A DNA stretch of 64,000 nt from Squalus acanthias (taxonomy: Eukaryota), in the NCBI GenBank assembly GCA_030390025.1, contig CM059433.1, forward strand, positions 113,584,001 through 113,648,000, read 5' to 3'. Below, piece after piece: positions 13,401 through 25,247 of the stretch. Under the pieces are notes generated by a model. It was not told the DNA's origin, searched no databases, and worked only from the letters and a program-made list of their open reading frames with translations. Position 1 is the first letter of the stretch. Each line of letters begins with the position of its first letter. Made by a program: the position numbers and the translations under genes.

Positions 13401-14829
13401 AGCATTGAAGGTGATTGGCGTGCCACAATCCTTCTCGCCCCCACCTGAAGGAGAAACTGTGATAATAGGAGGCATCATTTGGTGAGATGTTTACAAAGGG
13501 AGGCAAATATAATTCTGTCGAGTATTCCAGGTATTCGTATCATATTTACTTAACTCCCCATGCTGCAGTTATAGATAGAGTCAAAGTTTGGATTCTAAAC
13601 ATTTGGTAGATTTATAATCCAACAGAAGAGGTGGTGTTAGTTCAAATTATGCATAAAAAGCCTGAATTAAGTATTCCAATATGGTAGTCTGATTATTGAT
13701 AGTTTCAACAACATCACTGTTCTGTATTATAAGACATATGTTGTGCAAACTCTGGACGAAGACCTCCCAAGATAATCAGTAACAGTAATAACAAGGTTGT
13801 CTTGTACTTGTGATGGAAGTTGTTAAACATTTGACTGTTAGTCTGAAGTACAGCTTCATAAGTGCAATAAAGTACTACATGCTTATGCAGTGTTTTGTTT
13901 TACTTTCCATAGTCTCAAAGTGTATATTCAATGTATAACCTGAGATAATTAACAGGCTTTGATTAAAATAAAAATTATGAATTGCCAATCAACATTAATA
14001 ATTACAGTGTACAATTTAAACATGAGAGTGGAGGCAGCTACTGCACAGAACATCTATGAAGACATTTCTTGTTATTTAGGTGCAGTAAGTTTGAGATGTG
14101 ACAATTTGAAGTGCATATATTAACTGGGTTTCAAAGCTATGCTTTCAAGGTGAAATGAAGTCCTAATCTTGATGACTGGACGTATCATTATACTGAGTTA
14201 ATGGTGACTGATAATGCATGTGTTTAATATTAGTTTAAGTACATTCATAAACAGGAAAATGCAGTTAATGAAACTAAGCTTGATATGCCAGAAGCAGACC
14301 AAGTATGTGTGTGTGTGTGATTGCATTTGTAAAAATGTTAATATTCCTGTGCTGTCTGTTGCTGTACTAACTTCAAAGTACCCTGTACATGCTCTGGTGC
14401 ATAATGAAGAAGGGGTTGAGGCTGAATGGAACCATGTGTAAAAACTTATCTGCTAATCAAAACCGTCCTCTTTTGTCTATTTGTAGTCTGACTTTGATAG
14501 TTGTAGTGAAATGATCAGGTTTGTGGCTGAGTTTGGATAGTTTCCTAATTGGGGTTCAAGTCTCAATTATGTATGGCTTGACACATGTTAATGTTGGCTG
14601 ATCATTTTTGTTTCTTGTAGGTGGGGGGGGGGGAGGTGCTGTGTTGATGAAATTCTAATGATTTTTACATTTGAAATCCAATTATTTCAGTGGATTTAAA
14701 AACTATTTTTCCAGATAAATTAGGAAGATTTTCTAGCGGGACTGATTTGTCTAATTTGTATGTTAACTACATAACTTTGACTCATGTTATTATGGAGTTC
14801 CCCCTCTGACAGTCCTGGCTCTTACTGTG

Positions 14830-15060
14830 ACACGGTTGCATGGATGTCAATAAGCCTTACCCAAGAGACCATTCTTCATGTGTAAGCCGAAATAGTCATG
14901 TCAGCAGGATATTCGACCATAAAGAGCATCACAGATAAGTTCAGTCCTGTACTTAACTGATAATCACACCCACATACATTCCAGCATAATCACTGGCTCG
15001 GAAACAGAACCAGAAACATCCATCCCACCCCTGGTCAAGGCTGCTGAGGCCAATTTCAGT
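14830..15060 (-). mobile_element. SINE family B, interrupted by LINE insertions and resuming at about 16625-16720
   Basis: Reverse-complement motifs ccattcttcatgtgt and gctgaggccaatt, then gctgagatt.g.taact after the LINE block. Confidence 0.6.
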
Positions 15061-16620
15061 TTTTTTTATTCGTTCATGGGATGTGGGCATCGCTAGCAAG
15101 GCCAGCATTTATTGCCCATCCCTAATTGCCCTTGAGAAGATGGTGGTGAGCTGCCTTCTTGAACCGCTGCAGTCCGTGTGGTGAAGGTACTCCCACAGTG
15201 CTGTTAGGGAGGGGGTTCCAGGATTTTGGCTCCGCGACAATGAAGAAATGGCAATATATTTCCAAGTCAGGCTGGTGTGTGACTTGGAGGGGAACTTGGA
15301 GGTGCTGGTGTTCCCATGCACCTGCTGCCCTTGTCCTTCTAGGTGGAAGAGGTCGTGGGTTTGGGAGGTGCTGTCGAAGAAGCCTTGGCAAGTTGCTGTA
15401 GTGCATCTTGTAGATGGTACACACTGCAGCCACGGTACGCCGGTGGTGGAGGGACTGAATGTTTAAGGTGGTGGTTGGGGTGTCAATCAAGCGTGCTGCT
15501 TTGTCCTCAATGGTGTCGAGCTTCTTGAGTATTGTTGGAGCTGCACTCATCCAGGCAAGTGGAGAGTATTTCATCAAATAAATACTGTGGCAACAAGAGC
15601 AGGTCAGGGACTGGGTATTCTGTGGCAAGTGTCTCACCTCCTGACTTCCCAAAGCCTTTCCACCATCTACAAGGCACCGGTCAGGAGTGTGATGGAATAC
15701 TCGCCACTTGCCTGGATGAGTGCAGCTCCAACAACACTCAAGAAGCTCGACCCCATCCAGGACAAAGCAGCCCACTTGATTGGCACCCCACCTACCACCA
15801 TAAACATTTACTCCTTCCACCATCGGCGTACCGAGGCTGCAGTGTGTACCATCTACAAGATGCACTGTAGCAACTCGCCAAGGCTTCTTCGACAGCACCT
15901 CCCAAACCCACGAACTCTACCACCTAGAAGGACAAGGGCAGAAGGCGCATGGGAACACCACCACTTGTAAGTTCCCCTCCAAGTCACACACTATCCTGAC
16001 TTGGAAATATATCACCATTCCTTCATTGTTGCTGGGTCAAAACCCTGGAACTCCCTCCCTAACAGCACTGTGGGAGTACCTTTACCACATGGACTGCAGC
16101 AGTTCAAGAAGGTGGCTCACCACCATCTTCTCAAGGGCAATTAGGGATGGGCAATAAATGCTGGTCTTGCCAGCGACTCCCACATCCCAGGAAAGAATTT
16201 AAAAAATCACACTCCTTACTTGTGCCTTGTAGATGGTGGAAAGACTTTGGGGAGTCAGGAGGTGAGTCACTTGCTGCAGAATACCCAGCCTCTGACCTGC
16301 TCTTGTAGTCACAGTATTTATATGACTGGTCCAGTTAAGTTTCTGGTCAATGGTGACCCCCCCCAGGATGTTGATGGTGGGGGATTCAGTGATAGCAATG
16401 CCGTTGAATGTCAAGGGGAGATGTTTAGACTCTCTCTCTTTTGTTGGAGATAGTCATTGCCAGGCGATTGTGTGGCATGAATGTAACTTGCCACTTATCA
16501 GCCCAAGCCTGAATGTTGTCCAGGTCTTGCTGCAGGCGGGCATGGACTGCTTCATTCTCTGAGGAGTTGCGAATAGAACTGAACACTGTGCAGTCATCAG
16601 CGAACATCCCCACTTCTGAC
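15061..16620 (-). mobile_element. CR1/L2-group LINE, 5'-truncated, split by an inverted copy of the same family
   Basis: RT motif MFADDCTVF (16425-16628 ORF), then TIDQKLNWTSHI and IYKAQVRS, continuing YSPLAWMSAAPT to AAHHHLLKGN*. Poly-A-like 3' end at 15061. Confidence 0.85.
15577..16205 (+). mobile_element. Second copy of the same LINE family, inserted antisense into the first
   Basis: ORF 15587-15970 matches the peptide of the minus-strand copy. A-rich 3' end at about 16200; ATCA occurs at both junctions. Confidence 0.85.
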
Positions 16621-16841
16621 CTTTTCACTAGAGCCTCAGCTGAGATTAGGTAACTAACCAGGGACCTTAGTGATCCGAATGGTTCATTATCAAATCAGGA
16701 ATTGCATGTATCCACTAGTGGAGCTTCAAGATATTCTTTCACTCATTGGTACATGAGTACCAATTCCCACCCATAGCTTAGTGCACAAAACCACCTCCTC
16801 CTGTGTTGCTGAGCCATAGGGACCAGAAAGGTCCATATATA

Positions 16842-17308
16842 GGGCTGGATTTTAATTGACCCATGGAGGCGGGTTTGGAGGTGTGTGCGGGGGTTAAAAT
16901 TGTGAAAACTGGTGGGCGGGCACAAGTCCGCCTCCATCCTGCCTCCACGCAATTTTCATTAAATCGTGTCTGCTGGTCCCGACTCCATCCCGCCTCTAAG
17001 AGGCGGGATAGGCTGTTAAGGCCCTTAACAAGCACTAAATTGGCTCTAAAATGCCATTTTGAAAGGCCTTTGTGATTTTAACCCTTGTTCTATGTGAAGC
17101 ACGCCTGTTCTGGACCACGATTGTGAAACCTGGCGGGAGCACATTTGTCTCTCTCTCTCTCTCTCTCTGAAAACACTAATTGGTTCTGGTTTCCCACATG
17201 CTTGAATTCAGTTGCCCAATTAGGTGAAAATTGCATCAATCTCCCACATCCAATTGCAGTCGGGTGGATAACATGACCCCAACCCGCCCCAGTATCAAAA
17301 TCCAGCCC
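16842..17308. mobile_element. MITE with GGGCTGGATTTT terminal inverted repeats (PIF/Harbinger-like)
   Basis: Starts gggctggatttt and ends aaaatccagccc, flanked by ATA / TTA (TWA-like 3-bp target site). GC-rich subterminal GGCGGG motifs. Confidence 0.7.
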
Positions 17309-17309
17309 T

Positions 17310-18045
17310 TAATCTCTGGTCTATACTGAGCTAGTTGGTCTCAGCTAGGACAGTAGTTCTGGGACCACAGCTTACTAAGAATGGCAAAATATCCAGAGCT
17401 TCCACTCCTGATAATTAGCCAGTGACCCCTGATGGAAAGTCTACATGTATGGGTATCAGCAAATGGCATTCCATATTTGCACTCAATTTTTCCATAGGTA
17501 AACAGCCTACTGATGTTCTCCTGATGGCCCAATTTGTAAGGACAGTATTAACTTGACTAGACTGATGAAAAGGTCCATGTTCAGTTTCCACTCTGCTTTG
17601 GTAGCTGATATCAGCTGGGGTGGCAGGGTCAGGGCAACAAATGATTTCATTGGCCGAGGGTAAGACAAGGAAAATCAGCCAGTTGTCTCACTCCTGAAGG
17701 CTATTCCATGATCCCTGGTGCAAAGTGTGGATGACAGATTAGAAAAGAATAAGGCTAGATTGTGATTCCTGTTGCAAACAACCTGCCAAGACACACACGT
17801 GTGAAGAATAGCTATTTAGGCAAAGTACTGGATGGATGCAGTATCATATTCCAACATAAGTCAATACCTTTAGGAGAGAATGGGATAAGAGAGTTAGCCA
17901 AAAAAATAATAACCTGCTGATGTTCACTGTTTAGACTCAGACCTGAAGAACAGCTACTTTGGTGAGTTATTGGAAGGCTGCTGACATCTGTGGAACTATA
18001 CCCCAGCAAGTATTGGTGCCTTCAGGAGAGGAGGGGATAAAAACT
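17310..18045 (+). mobile_element. Cluster of tandem degenerate SINE family B fragments
   Basis: Repeated motifs agctgat.tcagct, aaaatcagccag, ccagtgacccct and gtgaagaat.gc.a.tt.ggc. Confidence 0.6.
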
Positions 18046-18399
18046 GAGATGGTCTTGCTGGTGGAATTTAAAAGCAAAGTCAAGTTCTCACAGGCACACA
18101 TTGGCCTAATTGTGAAATATTTGTATGAACTGCCCATGTTAGGGATCTAAAAAAACAAAACATGTTAGACATACACAGCAAATCAGTCAACATCTGTAAA
18201 GAGGGAAGATGGGTTATGACATTTCAGGCGTGTACCCGTCATCAGAATTTTTTCTGTTTATTTTTTAAAAATTTGTGTGGGGAGAATTTTTTTCTTAATT
18301 GATGTTTGCCACTATCAAGCCAAATATTTCTTTGTTATACGAGGACATCTTATACTGAATGAAAGGATATGGAAAGTGTTTTTTCCAGGAGCAGATATT

Positions 18400-21067
18400 T
18401 TTGAGGGGGAATGGTTGAAGTTAAATATTGCAGTGTAGAATGGGTATTGAAGGAAGAAGGGGAGGTGGGGTAGCTGTGCCAATTAGCGGTAACATAAAGG
18501 CAGTAGAAAAAAGGGACATAACTAACATTAAGATAGAAACAGAATCCATATGGATTGAGATAAAGGATAAGAAGTGACTGATCACGCTAATAGGGGTATT
18601 CTACCGACCACCTAATAGTTGGAGGGAAGTGGAGGAAGAAATTAGTAAAAGACATAGAATAATACTCATGGGAGATTTCAACTACCCCCAAATAAACTGG
18701 CAAGACGGGGTAGTGAAAGGGGAAAAGGGAATGGAGTTTTCACAGTGTGTACAGGACTCCTTTCTTGCCCAGTACATAAGAAGCCCAACAAGAGAGGATC
18801 TAGTAATGGGAAATGAACCAAAGCAAATAAGAGAAGTAAATGTAGGGGAACATCTAGGCAATAGCCATCACAACATCATAAAGTTTAAAATAATGATTGA
18901 GAAAGACATAAGTAAAACAAAGACCAAAGTAATAGATTGGAAAAAAGGTAATTTTGAGGGAATGAGAGTGGAACTAGGGAAGATCAACTGGAAAAAAAAT
19001 ACTGACATAAAAAAGATAGAACAGTGGAAAATATTTAAAAAGGTAATCGAGAGAATTCAGGAGAAATACGTTCCACTGAAAGAACATGAACAGACTAGCC
19101 AATAATTAAACACCATGGACGAAAGAAGAGATAAAGACAAAATTGAAACTAAAGAAGGCGGCATACACTAAGTACATAGACCACAAAGAAGGGGATAACA
19201 AAAGGGAATATGAAGAGCTTAGGAAAGAAGTCAAAAAATTAGGAAAGCAAAGAGGAACTACGACATTAAGTTATCAAGAAATATAAAAAGAAATAGTAAA
19301 GTATTCTACAGACACATAAATAACAAAAGGAAAATCAGGATAAGGATAGGGCCAATAAGGGATGCACAAGATAAACTCACAGGTAATGACAGTGAAATGG
19401 CAGAAATATTGAATAATTACTTTGCCGCAGTGTTTACCAGGGAGAAAAACAAGGTGGACATGACATTAGAAGAGGAGTTTTAAAAAAGGATATCAAGGCA
19501 TTTAAGATAGAAAGGGTGAGATAATAAACTAATCAAACTTAGAGAGGATAAAACCACTGGGTTAGAGAAGCTAGGGAAGAGATAGTAGAGGCACTATTAT
19601 ATATTTATAAAAATACATGAGAAAATGGTATAGTGCCAGAGGACTGGAGGACAGCTAATGTTATTCCTATATTTAAAAAGGGAGATAGAACATGTCCAGG
19701 GAACTATAGACCAGTTAGCTTAACGTCGGTGATAGAAAAGATAATGGAATCTTTACTCAAAGATGTAATAGAAAGGCATCTAGAAACCAAAAATACAATA
19801 AAGAATAGTCAACATGGATTTCATGCTTGACCAACCTTACTGAGTTCTTTGAAGAAGTAACAGAAAGAGTAGACAATGGTAATGTACTGGATGTAATATA
19901 CTTGGATTTTCAAAAGGCCTTCAATAAAGTACCACATAGTAGACTCATGGCTAAAGTCAGATTATGTGGAGTCAGGGGACAAGTAGCAGACTGGATAGCT
20001 AGCTGGGTACAAAACAGAGAGTAGGGGTTAAAGGTAATTACTCAGACTGGCGGAAGGTGGGAAATGGTGTTCCACAGGGATCGATGCTGGGACCACTGCT
20101 GTTCACTATTTACATAAATGGTTTGGACTCCGGAATTGGAAGTACAAATTCTCAATTTGTGGATGACACCAAATTGGGGGGTCTAGTTAATACTGAGGAA
20201 GACTGCAACAAATTACAAGAAGACGTTAATATACTTCCAGAATGGTTGTAAATGGCAAATTCATTTTAATATATATAAGTGTGAGATGCTGTATATTTGT
20301 AGGAAGAAAAAGGAGGCCACATAATCCTTGGAAAATAAGAGTCTAAATGGAGTAGAGGAGCAAAGGAATCTATGCGTACACATTCACAAATCATTAAAAG
20401 TAACAACGCAGGTTAATAAGGCCAAAATACAAACTAAGCACTGGGGTTCATTTCTGGAGGAATAGAATTGAAAAGCAGAGAAGTTATGTTAAATTTTTAG
20501 AACCTTGGTTAGATCACACTGCAACTGTGTTACAGTTCTGGTCACTGTATTACAAAACGGATATATAAGCACTGGAGAAGGTACAAAAAAGATTTACAAA
20601 GATGATACCAGAACTGAGGGGTTATAACTATCAGGAGAGACTGAATAGGCTGGGGCTCTTTTCTCTAGAAAAGAGAAGGCAGAGGGGTGACCTAATGGAG
20701 GACTTTAAGATTATGAAGGGGTTTGATAGGGTAGACGTGGAAAAGATGTTTCCACTTGTGGGGGAGTCCAAAACTAGGGGTCATAAATATAAGATAGTCA
20801 CTAATAAATCCAATAAAGAATTCAGGAGAAAATTCTTTACCCAGAGAGTGGTTAGAATGTGGAACTGGCTACCACAAGGAGTAGTTGAGGCGAATAACAT
20901 AGATGCATTTAAGAGGAAGCTGGACAAGTACATGAGGGAGAAAGGATTAGAGGGATATGCAGATGAGGTTAGATGAAGTAGGGTGGGCGGAGGCTCGTGT
21001 GCAGCATAAACACCGGCATAGACCAGTTGGGTCAAATGACCTGTTTCTGTGCTGTGAATTCTATGTA
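18400..21067 (+). mobile_element. CR1 LINE, about 2.7 kb, 5'-truncated, with frameshifted ORF2 (APE end plus RT)
   Basis: GDFN (endonuclease), WRTANVIPIFKKG..NYRPVSLTS, DVIYLDFQKAF, GVPQGSMLGPLLF, FVDDTKLGG and RRKFFTQRVVRMWN. Multiple stops and frameshifts; CR1-type 3' UTR. Confidence 0.95.
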
Positions 21068-21664
21068 CAAAACGGGAATGTTTTTCATTGGCTCAAATGT
21101 CACAGGTACACATTAGCAAAGCACTACAGGTTTTTACTGTAACATGGGCTCTATAAAAAAAAAAACTTATTATATTAAAATAATAGATGATCTTGTTTTA
21201 ATCTAAATCTTTTGAACGAGGATTATTAAACTGTGCTGTTTGTTGTCAGTGTCAAGGTTACCTGTCGTAACATTTCATCATAGAAATGAATAATGATCAT
21301 TAGTTGATGTACAGTTTGTTATGAATGTTTTGAGATTAGTCAGGGAGACTAACTACTTTTATTTCTGCTTCACATTGTTACTGTTCATTTTTGCACCACT
21401 TAATTAATTTTCATGAGATCCAGAGAATATTTTTTAACGGGCACACAGCATAATAGTGCACTACATCAGAGTGCAAATACATGGTGCCCAAGAGTGACGG
21501 GTTTAATTTGCACCACATCATTGAGTTCCTGATTTTGACTATCACTGCGTTGAGGCAGAAAGCAGAAGCCAGATTCCTTTACACAAAGAGGAAAGATTGG
21601 AAGGAGAGTCATTCACCAGCTGCTCTTGCACACCTCTTATCAGCTAACTCGGAGTGGAATTGGC

Positions 21665-21795
21665 AGAGTTCTGACAAAGGGTCTACATCTGAAAAGTTAA
21701 CTTATCTGTTCGCTCCACAGATGCTGGCTGACCTGCTGAGTATTTACAGAATTTTCTGTTTTTGTTTCAGATTTCCAACATCTGCAGTTTTTTGT
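21665..21795 (-). mobile_element. Short dispersed repeat, family C (tentatively Penelope-associated terminal sequence)
   Basis: Reverse complement of aaaactgcagatg.tggaaatctgaaa..aaaacagaaaa..actcagcaggtca..cagcatctgtggag. Also at about 18150, 30850, 36300, 40815, 56985 and 61330. Confidence 0.55.
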
Positions 21796-21859
21796 TCCAA
21801 CACCTCTGTACAAAGAAATTCTCCTAACCTTTCTAGTCACTTTTTTGCAATAATTTAAA

Positions 21860-22125
21860 TTTCATGACTCCTCACTGGCTCCTAATCGAGAGGAGATTGT
21901 CTCTCTTTATTCACTCCATCAAAACCCTTCATAATTTTACAGACCTCTATTACATCTCCTCTTACCCTTCTCTGCTCTACTGGAAGTAGTCCCAAGTCTC
22001 TCCTCATAACTATGTTTTCCATCTCTGGCAATATCTTGGTAATTGACACTGTACACTTTCTATGACTTTAATGCCCTTTCTATAATGGGGCACTCAAAAT
22101 TGCACACCTTACAGTAACTATGGCA
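21860..22125 (-). mobile_element. Old CR1 3' fragment
   Basis: Reverse-complement similarity to 20480-20760 (aaaacccttcataattt, acccttctctgctct). Confidence 0.55.
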
Positions 22126-22140
22126 GGCTACTGCTTCAAG

Positions 22141-22158
22141 TGCCAGCCTTGGTTCAGT

Positions 22159-22191
<33 letters not shown>

Positions 22192-22505
22192 CGGGTCAAG
22201 CTCCACTTCAGGGACTTGAGCACATAATCTAAGCTGACACTACGGAGGGAGTGCTGCACTGTTGGAGGTACTGTCTTTCAGATAAGACGTTAAACCGAAG
22301 TCCCGTCTCCCCTCCCAAGTGTATGTAAAAGATCCAATGGTATTGGTCGAAGAAGAACTGGTATCCTGGCCAACATTTATCCGTCAACAGATTATCTGGT
22401 CATTTATCTCATCGCTCTTTGTGGGACCTTGCTGTGCACAAATTTCTGCCATGTTTGCCTACAATACAACAGTGACTGCACTTCTAAAGTACTTCAATGG
22501 CTACG
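22141..22505 (+). mobile_element. Deu-domain tRNA-derived SINE (SacSINE1/AmnSINE1-related)
   Basis: tRNA-like head (tgg.tcagtggtagc..ggtcaag), then the core gagggagtgctgcactgt.ggagg..gacgttaaaccga and caacagtgact.cacttc. Confidence 0.85.
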
Positions 22506-22967
22506 TACCCTTGTCACTGATTCCATTCCCCACTCCAGCCACAGTCTCAGGCTGAACCAGACTGTTCACAATCTCACCGTCCCATTTAACCCTGAGCTGA
22601 GTTTCCGACCCTATAGTCTCTCCATCACAAACACTGCCTATTTCCACCTCGGTAGTGTCGCCTGTTTTTGCCCCAGCCTCAATCCATCTGCAGCTGAAAC
22701 TCTCATCCATGCCTTTGTTACCTCCAGATTAAACTCTTCCGATGCTCTCTTCATCAGACTCCCATCCTCTACCCTCCATAAACATCAGCTCATCCATATT
22801 CTACCCTGCACCAGGTTCCGTTCACCCATCACCCCTTTCCCCACTGACTTACATTGACTCCAGATCCCCCAATCCCTCCAATTTAAAATTCTCATCCTTA
22901 TCTTTAAATCCCTTCAAGGCTTTGCCCCTCCTTATCTCTGTAACCTTCTCCAACTCTATAATTTCCT
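22506..22967 (+). mobile_element. L2 LINE 3' fragment (resumes at about 23806-24025 after a CR1 insertion)
   Basis: Peptide AAETLIHAFVTSRL..RSPITP is typical of the L2 ORF2 C-terminus. The 3' continuation matches the L2 piece at 41005-41255. Confidence 0.75.
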
Positions 22968-23805
22968 CAACACTGGAAAGTACTGCAGTACAAAGGGATC
23001 TGGGGGTCTTGGTGCAAGAAAATCAAAAAGTTAGTATGCAGGTGCAGCAGGTGATCAAGAAAGCCAATGGAATGTTGGCTTTTATTGCTAGGGGGATAGA
23101 ATATAAAAACAGGGAGGTATTGCTGCAGTTGTATAGGGTATTGGTGAGACCGCACCTGGAGTACTGCATACAGTTTTGGTGTCCATACTTAAGAAAAGAC
23201 ATACTTGCTCTCGAGGCAGTACAAAGAAGGTTCACTCGGTTAATTCCGGGGATGAGGGGGTGGACATACGAGGAGAGGTTGAGTAGATTGGGACTCTACT
23301 CATTGGAGTTCAGAAGAATGAGAGGCGATCTTATTGAAACATATAAGATTGTGAAGGGGCTTGATCGGGTGGACGCGGTGAGGATGTTCCCAATGATGGG
23401 TGAAACTAGAACTAGGGGACATAATCTTAGAATAAGGGGCTGCTCTTTCAAAACTGAGATGAGGAGAAACTTTTTCACTCAGAGGGTAGTGGGTCTGTGG
23501 AATTTGCTACCCCAGGAAGCTGTGGAAGCTACTTCATTAAATAAATTTAAAACAGAAATAGACCGTTTCCTAGAAGTAAAGGGAATCAGGGGTTACGGGG
23601 AGCGGGCTGGAAATTGGACATGAGTTTGAGTTCGGATCGGTCAAGGCCCTGTGGGTGGCGGAGCGGGCCGAGTGGCCTGGTCCTGCTCCTGCTTCTTGTG
23701 TTCTTTAGAGTTGAGGTTGGATCAGATCAGCCATGATCTCATTGAATGGCGGAGCAGGCTCGAGGGGCCGATTGGTCTACTCCTGCTCCTATTTCTTATG
23801 TTCTT
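22968..23805 (+). mobile_element. Relatively young CR1 3' fragment with an open ORF2 C-terminus and a doubled tail
   Basis: QRDLGVLV..KANGMLAFI..LVRPHLEYC..RRNFFTQRVVGLWN is uninterrupted to the stop at 23623. Two successive tails end in tcctgctcct..ttctt.tgttctt. Confidence 0.92.
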
Positions 23806-24780
23806 AACACAAACTCCCCATTACTATGACTCTGGCTTGTTGTGTGCCCATGCCCTTTCAGCCTACTATTGGCGGCTGTGCCATCAGCCACCTAGGTACC
23901 ATGCTCAGAAATTCCTTCTCTAATCCCCTCTGCCTCTCCACTTCCCCCTCCTCCTTTAAAACCCTCCTTTGACCAAGGTTTTGGTCACTTCTAATATCTC
24001 CTTCTTTGGCTCCACATTCATTCTAAACATTCTATACACTTTCAAAGTTTCAAGCTGACAAGAAAGAGAGACAATCTTTCTTCATCCTAATTTGTAAGGA
24101 AAAATTGAATTTTGAAAGCTTCTCAAGCTCACCGAAAGATTCTGATTCTAATTACCTGCATTTTGTTGATGATTAGAAAATGTAAACATCCTGATCAGTA
24201 ATACCTGCTCGAGAGACACAAATACAGAGGCAAAAACAGACACACGTTCAGAAGCCAGTCAGAAAACACTCAATTCAATATTTGCAGAGCTCTCTTGGAA
24301 CCCTACAAATCATTGCTTCCAGACCCAGGAGACCTGTCCCCAGGTCCACGTCCCGCACCCCCTTCTCTTGCTATTAACAGACACCCGGACTCCACCAGTG
24401 AGCCAAACCCCAAATTTTACCTCCCAGTTCCGCCATCACCAAATTTCTCCGTCTGATACCAGACGAAAGGATTCAACCCTCCTCGTACAGCCAACCTCCA
24501 CCCCCACCACAGTACTGCCAAACTCTAGTCTCCCCACTTTCATTCTGCCAAACCACAAGACCAACCCCTGGTGTTTTTTTTTTAAAAGCCCACAATCATT
24601 CCCATTGCTACCAAAGCCCAGGACTGCCCCTTAGTGCAGCTAAACCTTGCCTCCATCTCCTGTACTGCTAGATACCAGATACCTACTTCCAACAAATACA
24701 TCTTGCACACCATCTTGTTGAGTATCCTCAGCTTTAAAAATGGTATAGGATAAAAATGAATAAATATATATATTAAAAAA

Positions 24781-25247
24781 AAAGAAAGACTTGCATTTAT
24801 ATCGCGCCTTTCACGACCACTGGACGTCCCAAAGCACTTTACAGCCAATTAAGTACTTTTTGAAGTGTAGTCACTGTTGTAATGTAGGAAATGCAGCAGC
24901 CAATTTGTGCACAGCAAGCTTCCACAAACAGCAATGTGATAATAACCAGGTAATCTGTTTTAGTGATGTTGATTGAGGGATAAATATTGGCCAGGACAGC
25001 GGGGACAACTCCCCTGATCTTCTTCCGAGATAGTGCCATGGGAATTTTTATGTCCACCTGAGAGAGCAGACGGGGCCTCAGTTTAACGTCTCATCCGAAA
25101 GACAGCACCTCCGACACTGCAGCACTCCCTCAGTACTGCACTGGAGTGTCAACCTAGATTTTTGTGCTCAAGTCAATGTGGTGGGACTTGAACTCTCAAC
25201 CTTCTGACTCCGAGGCGAGTGTGCTACCCACTGAGCCACAGCTGACG
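24781..25247 (-). mobile_element. Near full-length Deu-domain SINE
   Basis: Tail aaagaaagacttgcatttatat, Deu core, and tRNA-like head ending ctacccactgagccacagctgac. Confidence 0.9.

Noticed and set aside
15122-15898. Overlapping ORFs on both strands
   Set aside because: Produced by two inverted copies of the same LINE.
22141-22215. tRNA gene
   Set aside because: The A/B-box-like head runs directly into the Deu-SINE body; the same applies at about 25175-25247, 29790-29858 and 40640-40697.
22742-23623. 293-aa ORF as a host gene
   Set aside because: It is a chimera of out-of-frame L2 sequence and the CR1 ORF2 C-terminus.
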